From IMG/VR virus record IMGVR_UViG_3300027874_000023, positions 1 to 36,052 of that record: 36,052 nucleotides of DNA, one strand, 5' to 3'. The notes under the pieces were generated by a model. The model was not told the DNA's origin and did not search any database. It saw only the letters and a list, made by a program, of their open reading frames with translations. The DNA is from a virus (Duplodnaviria; Caudoviricetes). The position numbers were made by a program, and so were the translations under genes. Shown here piece after piece: positions 1 through 10,054 of this stretch. Within the stretch, counting starts at the first letter, position 1. Each line of letters begins with the position of its first letter.

Positions 1-13
1 GTCCCCGGCGGCG

Positions 14-1024
14 ATGAACGTCGCCAACTACGTCGGCGGCTACCTCCCCTCCACCGACCTGGCGCAGGAGGCGGCGAACCGGATGGCGCAGGCCGCGATC
101 GCTGGGTATGCGGCCCCGGCCACGGTGGCCTACCAGACCCTCCAGCAACTGGGCGCGACCGACCAGGAGATCCGCGACCTCCAGGCGAAGGGCCTGGACA
201 TCGAGAACACGCGCCCGGCCGCGATCCAGCAGGCGCTGCTCCAGCTGCGCCAGCTTCAGCAGGGCGACGTGCAGAGCCAGATCGCGGCCAAGCAGCTGGC
301 CGACCAGGAGAAGGCGCAGGCCCAGGCCTGGCAGCAGACGCTCTGGCAGCGCAAGCAGACGGTCGCCGCGGCGAAGGCTGCAACCGCACTGGCGAACGCG
401 AAGAACAAGCGAGAGGCGGCTGCCTTCGCGCTCCAGGTGCAGGACTACTACCGCAAGGCGGGGATGACGAACGCGCAGATCCTGAAGACGCTCGGCGATT
501 CGACCGGGACGATCTGGAAGTTCGGCCCCAAGGGGCAGCCGGTGGACACGGGCGCCCTGACTCCGGCAGGAGCCAAGCAGCAAGAGATCGATCGCCACAA
601 CAAGGCGATGGAGCGCAACGCCCGGGTGGCGAACAGGATCCGCCAGCAGAACGCGAACACGCAGCAGAACAAGGCGGCTGCGGCGGCGGACAAGACGAAG
701 GGGACGGGGGGCCTGACCGCCAACCAGGTGACGATCCGCGAGAACACCTGGATGGGGACGATGTCGGCACTCGTGGACAAGGCGGTGGGGGCGCAGAAGT
801 CCACCAACAAGATCACCGGAGCGGTCACGGTCAGGCCGCCGCACGTGCCGCCGAAGAAGGCGGATCTGGTCAGGAAGATCTACAACGCGGTCGGCCCGCA
901 GCTGCTGAACAAGATCCCGCGCTGGACGGAGCCGTACCTGAAGAGCCTGATCTACGCCTACATCAGCACCCTCCCGAACGCCTGGTGGGATCCGAAGTCG
1001 TACACGCCCGTCAAGAAGAAGTAG
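14..1024 (+). CDS. Putative virion internal/ejection protein, probably 5'-truncated
   Basis: A/Q-rich helical ORF whose frame stays open to the window edge; directly upstream of the giant virion-type gene. Confidence 0.55.
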   Translation: MNVANYVGGYLPSTDLAQEAANRMAQAAIAGYAAPATVAYQTLQQLGATDQEIRDLQAKGLDIENTRPAAIQQALLQLRQLQQGDVQSQIAAKQLADQEKAQAQAWQQTLWQRKQTVAAAKAATALANAKNKREAAAFALQVQDYYRKAGMTNAQILKTLGDSTGTIWKFGPKGQPVDTGALTPAGAKQQEIDRHNKAMERNARVANRIRQQNANTQQNKAAAAADKTKGTGGLTANQVTIRENTWMGTMSALVDKAVGAQKSTNKITGAVTVRPPHVPPKKADLVRKIYNAVGPQLLNKIPRWTEPYLKSLIYAYISTLPNAWWDPKSYTPVKKK

Positions 1025-1027
1025 CCC

Positions 1028-4000
1028 GTGCACGGCGACCGCGGCGGCACGACCAAGAAGCGGAAGGTCCCGCCGACCCCTAAGCCGACTGCGGCGCAGC
1101 AGGACGCCGCGATCTTCTCGGCCAAGATGACGCAGGTCAAGCCGTGGCAGGTCAGGCCACCGGCCCCCCCACCAAGGCCTCGGCGCCAAGTTGTCTCCCC
1201 GCAGCCGAAGCCCTCCTTCCGATCGGCGATCTCCCCTCCCCTGACCTCCTGGGGTGCTCGCTCACCAGCCACGATCCCCTTCCGGACGGGGACGATCCTC
1301 CCCACCACTCCCGACATCCCCTACCCGACCACCGCCCAGCGACAGCGCACGCGCACGCAGCAGCGCCGGGACGATCTCTACAAGGCGTCGCAGAAGTCGG
1401 TGATCAGTCAGCAGGCGCAGCAGAAGCTCGCCTCCAACATGTCGAACCAGGAGAAGGATCTCTACCAGCGGCTGCACCCGACCACGCTGGGACCACACCA
1501 GCGGATCATCCACGGGCGCCTGGTGCAGATGAGCGTCGCCACGCCGCCGCTCAAGTCGCTGGCGGAGACGGGCAGGGTGGGGGCGGGGATCAACCGGCTG
1601 ATCTCCGGCATCCCCTCCTCGATCGGTGCGCTCGGGACGGCGGTCGGAGAGGACGTCTACGACCAGTACCGCAACGCCTATGACCTCGCGCACGGCAACC
1701 AGATCCCGGCCGACCGGCGGACATGGCATCTGCACACCGCCGACGTGCTGAAGGACATCGGCGTCGGGACGGCGCAGGGCCTGATGACCGACGTCGGGAT
1801 CAACTCCCGCAAGGGCTGGGAGGCGCTCCTGCGCGGGGACATGACCACCTTCACGCACGAACAGCGGAAGGCGAAGCAGCGGGCGCAGCAAGCGCTGATC
1901 CAGGATCCGGTCGGCTGGACGGTCAACGTCGGCGCGGCGGTCGCGGCGCCGCTCCGGCTCGGTTCGATCTCCGCTTTGAGCAAGGACATCATGGAGGCGA
2001 ACCCGGGGATGGGGATCGTCCGCGCGACGAGGTTGGCCCGGCACGAGAGCTACCGCCCCGGCTACCTCGCCGCACACGGGATCGAGGGCGGGATGGATCC
2101 GCGCACGCTGACCGCCGATGTGGAGGGCGGCGGGACGATCACAACGCCTGCTGCGAATCCGCTCGCCACGACGCCGCTCGGCAGAGCGGCGCAGAGGGTC
2201 TACGACGCGCACACGGCCAGGATCGACCCGAACACGCGGATCATCGGTCGCTGGTCGGAGCAGAACCGCGCGGTCAGGGCGATCGAGAAGCAGCAGACGG
2301 CGTCGGTGGAACGGGCGCAGCTGGCGGTGAACCAGATCGCGCAGGAGGTCGGCAAGTATGTACGTGGCACGCGCCGCGAGCGGCTCGCCGCGGTGATCGG
2401 ACGCCGGACGGAAGCAGATCTGGGCAAGCAGAAGGCTCGCGCCGCAGGCCTTGTCTACGCACTCCAGGGGCCTGCCGGGGAGACGGCTCGCGCGACGCTG
2501 CGCGCGACGCGCGAGGACCTCCAGCAGATCCTGGACGAGGGCGGGAGGGAGATTCCGACCAAGGCCCGGATCAGGGTCGAGCGGCAGATGGGCGTGCTCG
2601 ATCAGGAGCTTCAGAAGATGGGGCTGGGGATTGACGAGACGGCCCCGGGCTGGACGGAGATGCGGAACATGCTGCACGGCGCCGGGGCGTCCGCGGTGCA
2701 GGTCGAGAACCAGATGCAGCTGATGAAGCAGGCCGCCCGGGTCTGGGCGAAGGGGAAGCTGGGGCGCGACCCTTCCGATTTCCTGATGGCCCCGGACGGC
2801 GCGAACGTCGGCGCCTTCCTCAACTCGCTGCCGAAGGACGGGGTGGCGAACGTTCTCTTCCAGCAGCGAGCGGGGTGGAACACGAACCTCGTCCGGGCCT
2901 CGGCGAAACCGCCGGTTCAGCCGGGCGACATCCTCTACGACACCGACGGGGAGCCGTTGGTGGTGCTGGCGAAGAACGAGAACGGCGACGTCCAGGTGCA
3001 GCACTGGGAGCAGATGACCTCCAACCAGCCGGTCGTCCCCCAGGTCGTCCAGGACGCCACGGGGAGGGTGCAGGCGATCCCCCCCTACGGGAGGACGCGC
3101 ACGATCCCGGCCGAGCAGGTCGGCCTGCTCCAGCATCAGTCGCTCCAGCCGGGGCAGCGGATCGCTCTCTCAGGCTCCGACTCCAACGCGCTCGGCGAGG
3201 TGGTGGCGGTCAACCCGGAGGCGCAGGTCGTGGACGTGAAGCTGGACAACGGCGGCACCACCTACTGGAACATCAATCAGATCGCGCAGCCTGCGGCCGA
3301 CGCGCCCTTCTACCACCCTGCTGCGCAGGCGCTGGTGGAGAAGATGCCGAACCAGGCCACGCCCGACCAGATCATCGGGATCTTGAAGAACGCCCCCGGC
3401 GTGAAGAAGGACGCGCTGGAGATGTCCGGCCTGAACGACTGGCTGGAGGTGATGCAGTCGATCGAGACCGAGGGTGGTAAGCCGATCAAGCTCAGCAAGC
3501 AGGAGGTGCTGGACTGGATCGACAACCGCTCTCCCTTCAACATCAACGAGCTTCACCTCACCCGTGCGCGCTCACACGGGGCCGGTGGGGCGCGCTGGGG
3601 CTACGGCGGCTTCACCACCCGTCCCGACAGCCCCGATTACCACGAGATGGTGATCGTGCTGGGAGGCAAGAAGACCTTCCAGTACGGCACGCACTGGTCG
3701 GGGATCGACAACCCGATCGTCCACATCCGCTACATCATCGACCGGGAGACGAACACCCTCTACATCAACGAGATCCAGTCCGACTGGAACGCGCATGTGC
3801 GCGACCACGTCAAGTCGGGCGGGAAGCTCTTGCCGAAGGGCGTCACCACGGCCGAATGGGAGGGGAGGATCAGGGACGCCTACGCGAACGCGACGCAGGC
3901 GCGCAAGTACGCGCTCGACCGCTCGATGAAGCTGCTCGGGGCCGAAGACCAGAGCCTCGACTACGGCACTTTCGGCTATCAGGACGGCCCCGCCTCCACG

Positions 4001-7000
4001 CTGAAGCAGAAGCTGAACCTGGACGCGCGCGAGGCGGCGACGCGGATCGCCGACGCGAAGGTGGAAGAGCAGAGGCCGATGTCCTACTCCGACGAGCAGA
4101 CTCTGCGACGGCAGGAGTACCAGCGCCAACTCGACCTGCTGCACGAGACGCCCGAGTGGAAGCAGCTGGAGAAGATCGTCCTGATCGAGGCGAAAGGACT
4201 GAATCGCGCCAACCGCTGGGTCAACGAGGCGCAGACGATGGAGCGCGCGGTCGCCTCCAATCCCTATCCGGGCACCCAGTGGATCCAGTTGGCGTTGAAG
4301 CGCGCGGTCGCACAGGCGGTGCATGAGGGCCTGGACAAGGTGGCCTGGGACGCGGGGATCGTGCACGCGGTGCGCTACCAGCACTACGACCCGCGTCCTT
4401 ATGGCGAGGACTCCTACGACTCCTACGACTACGGCGACGACGTCATCGAGCCGGACTCCGACTCGTACACGCAGGCCTACAACGAGGTGGTGAGGAACTT
4501 CCAGCCGCCGCAGTGGCCGCAGGGGATCGGGCTGGAGACTCGCAGCCCGATCGACTCGGGGCTGATGGACAAGGCCTACAAGCTGGACGACGTGACGGGT
4601 GACTACGGGGAGCCGACGTTCGGGGAGGCTTTCGTCGCCGACCACGGGCCGCTGGAAGGCCAGTTGGTGGTGGTGACGGAGGTTAACCCCGCCGCGAACG
4701 AGGTGATCTTGCGCCCCTCCGGCGTCACCCAGATCCACTTCCAGGGCACGAGTGACGGCTACGACTCCTACTACGGGAGCATCGAGCGGACGATCACCCA
4801 CCAGACGCATCCGATGGAGTCGCCGCAGCGACGCTACGACTCCTTTGACGGCAGGATCGACAAACCGGCCGACTCCGCCCTGGCGGAAACCGGGATCTCG
4901 GACCGGAACGACTTCCACTGGGACCTGAACAACGAGGCCGACCGCGCGATCAACTGGGAGTTGGACCAGGAGGCCTTCGACGAGGCTTACAACGAGTATC
5001 AGTCGCAACTGGAGGAACGCCAGCGCCAGAACGAGGAGATTCACCCGGACGAGATCAACCATGTGGACGCGAGCCACGAGACGGGCCTGGTCGGCCTCTA
5101 CGACGAGATCGTCCCCAAGGAGGCGAAGGCCCTCTTCAAGAAGCACGGGGTCGAGGTCAGCGAGGGCACCAGGCGCGGCCAGTTCACGATCGAGGGCAGC
5201 GACTGGCGTTCGCAGGAGGGCGGGATCAAGGTGCACGAGTTCACGATCACGCCCCAGTTGAAGAAGGCTGCCCAGGAGGGGCAGGCGCTCTTCCAGCAGG
5301 CGGGCGGGGTGCCGGTCGGCGCGACCTGGACGATGGAGGACGGGCGCCGGGCGGTGGCGCTGCTCCAGAACGCGGACGTCTCGACCTTCCTGCACGAGAT
5401 GATCGGGCACGGGGTGAACGAGCTTTCGCAGCGCTTCCCGCAGGAGTGGGCGGGAGTGGAGACGGCGATGAAGAAGCCGCTCGACCAGTGGACGACGGTC
5501 GAGCACGAGAAGTTCGCCAAGTGGGTGGAGCGCTACTTCCGCGAGGGGAAGGCTCCGACTCCGGAGACCGTGCCGCTGCTGGCGCAGCTGAAGACCTGGA
5601 TGCGGCAGATCTACCAGTCGATCACCGAAATCTCCAAGCGGCCGATCCCGCAGGAGGCCCGCGATCTGCTCGACCGCTACTTGGGCAAGGAGGGAGAGGG
5701 GAGCGTCTTCAGCGCCGGGGAGCAGGCGATCCTCAAGGAGCACGGGGCGTTGCACGAGCGGCGGCAGCAGCTGATCAAGGCCGAGCAGGACAGGCTGGCC
5801 GCGCAGCCGGACGCCGCTCTGCTCGACCAGGCGCAGACGCTGATGGCGGACGGGACTCCGGCGGAGCAGAAGGCCGCCTACCAGGAGATCGCCAAGCGCC
5901 GCAGGGGCGCCGAGGGGGAGGGCCTGCCCTCCGAGAACCAGCGCCTGCTCCAGCGCCAGGTGAGGATGCTGGACGACGCGATCCGCGAGGCGTCCGATCC
6001 GAAGTCGGGCTTCGACAGCGCGCTGGCGGCGTTAGTGACGCTCTCCGAGCACGCCGACCAGCTGTTCAGGGACACGATCCTGGACATGGCTCCGGAGGAC
6101 GCGAAGGCGGGGATCGAGGCGGCGCTGGAGAAGCGGCGGAACATCCTGGTCAACCGCTGGCGCGAGCAGGGCCTGCTCCCCTACGGCACGGGTGACGCGC
6201 TCGGCTACTTCCCGCACGCTTCGCTGTTCGAATCGCTCGGCGACCAGCTGAAAGGCCCGGTACGCCAGCCCGCAGGCTCGCGGAAGGTGGTCGGAGCGAC
6301 CCAGGTGTCGAAGATCGCCGCCCGCAAGGGCGAGAACCTGCTTCGCCGCTACCAGTCGGGGCGCCTGAACCTCGACCCGAAGGTGCTCCTGAACACCGTC
6401 AACGCCCGTCTGCGCCTGCTCCAGACGCGCGAGGCGAGAGACGGCCTCTGGGCGGTCGGTAAGCCGGTGGCCTCGGAGAAGGACGTTCCGCAGGGCTGGT
6501 GGGTGATCAACCGGGAAGGCAAGCACGTCCCGGAGCGGCTGCGCCGCGCGCAGGAACTGTCACCGCAGCAGATGGACGAGATGGTGGCGGCGGGGGAGGA
6601 CTTCGACTCCAACGTGGAGACGCGGCAGGGGATGGACAACTTCCTCACCGACTACGCCTCCTCTTTCGCCCGTCCGGCCGACCAGGTGCCGGAGGAGTGG
6701 TGGAAGGCCGGGGAGCTACGGGCAGTACCGCCGGAGATCGTGGACGGCCTGTTGCCGAAGCCGTTCCAGGGCAAGCCCGGCGGCGCTTTCGGCTCGGCGG
6801 TCGGGATCGCTAACTCGGGCGCCAGGGCGGCGACGATCCTCGGTTACCCCGCCGGGTACGTCCTCTCCAACGTCCCCGCCAACCTGCTCCTCCAGGGCCT
6901 CACCCATCCCTCGGCCCTGGTCAGGGACAACTTCCGCGCGCTGGCACTCAGGAAGCGCGACCCGAACCTCTACCACCAGCTGGCCCAGGTGGCGGGGGAC

Positions 7001-8224
7001 ATCATGGCCCAGGCGGGAATCCCGGACTTCTACCCGCGCCCGCAGGGAGGCATGGAGGGAGCGGAGCGGAGGATCGCCGGGACGACCAGGAGGGTCGCGC
7101 AGGCTTACGGCGAGGTTGCGGACACGCCTTTCCGCGTCGGCACGCTGATGGGCTACGCGCGCCGCTACGGGATCAAGAGCGACGAGGATCTGGCGAAGCT
7201 GGTCAAGGGCGAGGGGAACATGGGCGCGCTCCGCGACACGCTCGGGCAGAAGACGCGCGACGACCTGCTCGACTTCAACACCCTCTCCCAGCGCGAGAAG
7301 GAGACGGTGGCGCGCTTCTTCTTCCTCTGGCCGCTGGTCAGGGCGATGGTCAAGTGGCCGATCACCTTCGCGCGCGACCATCCGATCGCCCTGGCGGCGA
7401 TCCAGCAGGCGGGCCAGCCCGATTTCGAGAAGAAGTACGGCTACGCGAGGCTCGGCACGACCGGGCATCGAGCGCTCCGCCACCTCTCGCTGGTGCCGAC
7501 GGGAGGCGGGAAGGCGATCGACACCTCCTCGGAGAACCCGATGGGCGGACTCCAGACGGTGATGTCGCTGCTGAACGCGGCGCCGTCGCTTTCCCGCGGC
7601 GACCTGGGGATGCTGAGGGACGCGATCGCGGGGATGACGATCCCACAGGTCAACGAGCTTCTCCAGGGGCAGCCGACGATGCAGGGGCTGATCGAGGCGA
7701 CGATCCCGGGCGCGAAGTACCTGACCTCCTCGCTCGGCAAGTCGCGCGGGTCGAAGATCTGGAAGCGGGAGGACTGGTGGAACTACATGCTCTCGCGCAA
7801 CGTCCGCTTCGATCCGGAGCACGTGGATGCGGCGATGGTCCGCGCCCAGGCGGACAAGGAGCAGCGGCAGATCATGGGCACGACCGCGGCCCAGGAGAAG
7901 GCTGACGCGATCTACAAGGCGCTGCCGAAGATCCTGGCGGGGGCGGGAGTGACGAACCCGGACGACATCAAGGCCGTCTACAACGGCTTCGAAGCCTACG
8001 ACTACGTCTCCTCGCGGATCCGCACGATGTCGAATCCCGAGCGGGTGAAGCTGGTCAACGACGCGATCCGCCAGTACTACCCGCAGTACGCGGGCGATTT
8101 GACTCCGGCCGACCAGATGACGCCGCAGCAGCAGCAGGACTACATCAACCGTGTGCGCGGCGTTCTCTACGACGTCCATCGCCGCGTGATCGTCTCCGGC
8201 CACGACCAGGGCCTGATTCCCTAG
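1028..8224 (+). CDS. Giant (2398 aa) polyvalent-type virion/ejection protein
   Basis: Long ORF with phage-like codon bias; segment FYHPAAQAL...GVKKDALEMSGL...HIRY...YINEIQSDW that I recognise from large phage proteins; zincin-like NADVSTFLHEMIGH...HEKFAKWVERYF; SH3/KOW-like repeats; helical C-terminus. Confidence 0.75.
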   Translation: MHGDRGGTTKKRKVPPTPKPTAAQQDAAIFSAKMTQVKPWQVRPPAPPPRPRRQVVSPQPKPSFRSAISPPLTSWGARSPATIPFRTGTILPTTPDIPYPTTAQRQRTRTQQRRDDLYKASQKSVISQQAQQKLASNMSNQEKDLYQRLHPTTLGPHQRIIHGRLVQMSVATPPLKSLAETGRVGAGINRLISGIPSSIGALGTAVGEDVYDQYRNAYDLAHGNQIPADRRTWHLHTADVLKDIGVGTAQGLMTDVGINSRKGWEALLRGDMTTFTHEQRKAKQRAQQALIQDPVGWTVNVGAAVAAPLRLGSISALSKDIMEANPGMGIVRATRLARHESYRPGYLAAHGIEGGMDPRTLTADVEGGGTITTPAANPLATTPLGRAAQRVYDAHTARIDPNTRIIGRWSEQNRAVRAIEKQQTASVERAQLAVNQIAQEVGKYVRGTRRERLAAVIGRRTEADLGKQKARAAGLVYALQGPAGETARATLRATREDLQQILDEGGREIPTKARIRVERQMGVLDQELQKMGLGIDETAPGWTEMRNMLHGAGASAVQVENQMQLMKQAARVWAKGKLGRDPSDFLMAPDGANVGAFLNSLPKDGVANVLFQQRAGWNTNLVRASAKPPVQPGDILYDTDGEPLVVLAKNENGDVQVQHWEQMTSNQPVVPQVVQDATGRVQAIPPYGRTRTIPAEQVGLLQHQSLQPGQRIALSGSDSNALGEVVAVNPEAQVVDVKLDNGGTTYWNINQIAQPAADAPFYHPAAQALVEKMPNQATPDQIIGILKNAPGVKKDALEMSGLNDWLEVMQSIETEGGKPIKLSKQEVLDWIDNRSPFNINELHLTRARSHGAGGARWGYGGFTTRPDSPDYHEMVIVLGGKKTFQYGTHWSGIDNPIVHIRYIIDRETNTLYINEIQSDWNAHVRDHVKSGGKLLPKGVTTAEWEGRIRDAYANATQARKYALDRSMKLLGAEDQSLDYGTFGYQDGPASTLKQKLNLDAREAATRIADAKVEEQRPMSYSDEQTLRRQEYQRQLDLLHETPEWKQLEKIVLIEAKGLNRANRWVNEAQTMERAVASNPYPGTQWIQLALKRAVAQAVHEGLDKVAWDAGIVHAVRYQHYDPRPYGEDSYDSYDYGDDVIEPDSDSYTQAYNEVVRNFQPPQWPQGIGLETRSPIDSGLMDKAYKLDDVTGDYGEPTFGEAFVADHGPLEGQLVVVTEVNPAANEVILRPSGVTQIHFQGTSDGYDSYYGSIERTITHQTHPMESPQRRYDSFDGRIDKPADSALAETGISDRNDFHWDLNNEADRAINWELDQEAFDEAYNEYQSQLEERQRQNEEIHPDEINHVDASHETGLVGLYDEIVPKEAKALFKKHGVEVSEGTRRGQFTIEGSDWRSQEGGIKVHEFTITPQLKKAAQEGQALFQQAGGVPVGATWTMEDGRRAVALLQNADVSTFLHEMIGHGVNELSQRFPQEWAGVETAMKKPLDQWTTVEHEKFAKWVERYFREGKAPTPETVPLLAQLKTWMRQIYQSITEISKRPIPQEARDLLDRYLGKEGEGSVFSAGEQAILKEHGALHERRQQLIKAEQDRLAAQPDAALLDQAQTLMADGTPAEQKAAYQEIAKRRRGAEGEGLPSENQRLLQRQVRMLDDAIREASDPKSGFDSALAALVTLSEHADQLFRDTILDMAPEDAKAGIEAALEKRRNILVNRWREQGLLPYGTGDALGYFPHASLFESLGDQLKGPVRQPAGSRKVVGATQVSKIAARKGENLLRRYQSGRLNLDPKVLLNTVNARLRLLQTREARDGLWAVGKPVASEKDVPQGWWVINREGKHVPERLRRAQELSPQQMDEMVAAGEDFDSNVETRQGMDNFLTDYASSFARPADQVPEEWWKAGELRAVPPEIVDGLLPKPFQGKPGGAFGSAVGIANSGARAATILGYPAGYVLSNVPANLLLQGLTHPSALVRDNFRALALRKRDPNLYHQLAQVAGDIMAQAGIPDFYPRPQGGMEGAERRIAGTTRRVAQAYGEVADTPFRVGTLMGYARRYGIKSDEDLAKLVKGEGNMGALRDTLGQKTRDDLLDFNTLSQREKETVARFFFLWPLVRAMVKWPITFARDHPIALAAIQQAGQPDFEKKYGYARLGTTGHRALRHLSLVPTGGGKAIDTSSENPMGGLQTVMSLLNAAPSLSRGDLGMLRDAIAGMTIPQVNELLQGQPTMQGLIEATIPGAKYLTSSLGKSRGSKIWKREDWWNYMLSRNVRFDPEHVDAAMVRAQADKEQRQIMGTTAAQEKADAIYKALPKILAGAGVTNPDDIKAVYNGFEAYDYVSSRIRTMSNPERVKLVNDAIRQYYPQYAGDLTPADQMTPQQQQDYINRVRGVLYDVHRRVIVSGHDQGLIP

Positions 8225-9288
8225 TGGCCGACCTCGCCAGCCAGCTGCGCAACTACCTGTCGAAGGCCGGTAGCCCGCTGGCCGCGCACGTCCCCGACCT
8301 GATCCGCGCCGGACGCCGCTACTCGGTCGATCCGCGCCTGATCGTGGCGATCGCCAACGCGGAGACGAGTCTGGGCAAGGCGGGCGCAGGCCCGGCGGTT
8401 CACAACGCCTGGGGGATCGGTCCCGGTCGGGCCTACTCCTCCTGGGCGCAGGGGATCAACGAGATGGCGAAGCTGCTCCGCACCGGCTACCTGAACGAGG
8501 GCCGCAACTCCTTCACCAGCCTGTATCCGAAGTACGTCTGGGGGAAGACGACGCGCAGCGGCGACCCGAACGCCGACTGGGTGAAGAACGCGAGCCAGAC
8601 GTACTCCGACCTGGGCGGGAACCCGGGGAACGTCACCAAGGGCTGGAAGAACGCAGCCGCACCGACGAGCACCCGCGTCCCCTTCGCAGCGCCCGCGACC
8701 TCACCGCTGGGGACGATCAGGGCACGCCCCTCCTTCGACCCCCTTTCCCCCGACCTTCCTCTCACGGCCATCGGCAAGGTGGCGGCGGGAGGCTCGGCGG
8801 TGGACTCCTTCCGCTCGATGATGAAGGCGATCGACTTCGCGCAGTCGCTCGCAGGCCCGCTGGCGACGCAGAAGCAGACCCAGGTGGACGCGCGCGGGCA
8901 CCCGGTGACGACGAGCGAGAAGGCGGCCGAGCCGAGCGGCAGCTGGGACGGGACCTACGGCCCGGCGACGAGCCTGGCGAAGATCGCCGAGCGCTACGGG
9001 CTGACGGCGACCTCGCAGAAGCGGGACACGAAGCTCTCCTCCTCCGGCCTGATCTCCGATCACTGGGTCGGGTCGAAGAACGCCTACGCCTACGACATGT
9101 CCGGCTCGACCGCGCAGATGGACGAGGCGGCAAAGGCGATCGCAGAGCGGCTGGGGATCGCCTACAACGGCAAGGGGCCGTTGGTGCTGTCGAAGTCGGC
9201 GAACGGCCTCCGCTACCAGATCCTGTACCGGACGACGATCGGCGGCAACCACTTCAACCACATTCACATCGGCGTGAAACATTTGTAG
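8224..9288 (+). CDS. Virion-associated peptidoglycan hydrolase (lysozyme-like domain plus M15/LAS-like peptidase domain)
   Basis: YSVDPRLIVAIANAETSLG...NAWGI (lysozyme-like catalytic Glu); C-terminal SDHWVG...AYDM...HFNHIHIG (H-x-D...HxH zinc motif); GTG start overlaps the upstream stop. Confidence 0.7.
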   Translation: MADLASQLRNYLSKAGSPLAAHVPDLIRAGRRYSVDPRLIVAIANAETSLGKAGAGPAVHNAWGIGPGRAYSSWAQGINEMAKLLRTGYLNEGRNSFTSLYPKYVWGKTTRSGDPNADWVKNASQTYSDLGGNPGNVTKGWKNAAAPTSTRVPFAAPATSPLGTIRARPSFDPLSPDLPLTAIGKVAAGGSAVDSFRSMMKAIDFAQSLAGPLATQKQTQVDARGHPVTTSEKAAEPSGSWDGTYGPATSLAKIAERYGLTATSQKRDTKLSSSGLISDHWVGSKNAYAYDMSGSTAQMDEAAKAIAERLGIAYNGKGPLVLSKSANGLRYQILYRTTIGGNHFNHIHIGVKHL

Positions 9289-9300
9289 AAGGAGGCTTCG

Positions 9301-9522
9301 ATGGTCGAGCAAGTCGGAGGGCACTTCGATGCTGGCTACACGATCAGGCACAACGTGGACGACGACCCGAACGTCTACGGGCAGGCACCGGACATCCAGA
9401 CCGCCTGCGTCCTGGCGGCGGCGCTGTATGCGCGCACGGGCTACGACTTGCGGATAGCCGACGAGGCACAGGGAGCCTCGACCGTGGCCTGGGTCGGCCG
9501 TCAGACCGACTCGCCCGTTTAG
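9301..9522 (+). CDS. Hypothetical protein (73 aa)
   Basis: Strong SD AAGGAGG before the ATG; ends just before a terminator-like hairpin. Confidence 0.7.
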   Translation: MVEQVGGHFDAGYTIRHNVDDDPNVYGQAPDIQTACVLAAALYARTGYDLRIADEAQGASTVAWVGRQTDSPV

Positions 9523-9528
9523 GGAAGC

Positions 9529-9568
9529 GCGGGGCGGCCCTGCACGGACGGCCGCCCCGCCTCTTTCT
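9529..9568. terminator. Terminator-like hairpin between convergent operons
   Basis: GCGGGGCGGCC (9529-9539) / GGCCGCCCCGC (9550-9560) perfect 11-bp stem followed by CTCTTTCT; lies between convergent stop codons. Confidence 0.7.
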
Positions 9569-9571
9569 CCC

Positions 9572-10054
9572 TTACGGGAGCAGCTTCACCGACTCGTCCT
9601 GGACCTGCTCGGCCGTCGCTACTGCGGCGTCGAGTTGTCTGGCGAGCCAGCGGCACTTCCTGCCGATTGTCGTGCTTCGGCCGTAGGCCTTCGACAGGAA
9701 GTCGAAGTGCGAGGCGGCCGCTCTCACGTGATCGGTGCGCTTCTCGTTGCCGTCGTGCAGCGTGACCAGCGCTTCTCCCGACACGCCCACGCTGGTGTGC
9801 AGGAGCACGTAGCCGTGGATCGCGCCGGAGCGCCCGTTGCCGGGCGGCACGAATCCGTAGCCGTACATGTCGAGGAACTCGCTCGTGTACGCGAGCCTCA
9901 GTGCGAGTGACACCATCTGCGCGTCCACTTTGAGCGCGTTGGCGATGTCCCATCGCGTCAGGTACAGCACGCCGCCGTTCGCCTGCGCCGCCTTCGCCAT
10001 CGACTGCACGATGGACACGAGGCTCGGCCGGTGCAGTGCGTTGAACCTGGTCAT
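9572..10054 (-). CDS. Hypothetical protein, possibly HTH-containing (160 aa)
   Basis: SD GGAGG at the end of the upstream gene; LTRWDIANALKVDAQMVSLAL resembles an HTH. Confidence 0.6.
   Translation of the reverse strand: MTRFNALHRPSLVSIVQSMAKAAQANGGVLYLTRWDIANALKVDAQMVSLALRLAYTSEFLDMYGYGFVPPGNGRSGAIHGYVLLHTSVGVSGEALVTLHDGNEKRTDHVRAAASHFDFLSKAYGRSTTIGRKCRWLARQLDAAVATAEQVQDESVKLLP

Noticed and set aside
1262-8203. Long antisense ORFs (624, 727, 495 aa) and similar shadow ORFs elsewhere
   Set aside because: Typical high-GC shadow frames opposite well-supported genes; no SD or domain motifs
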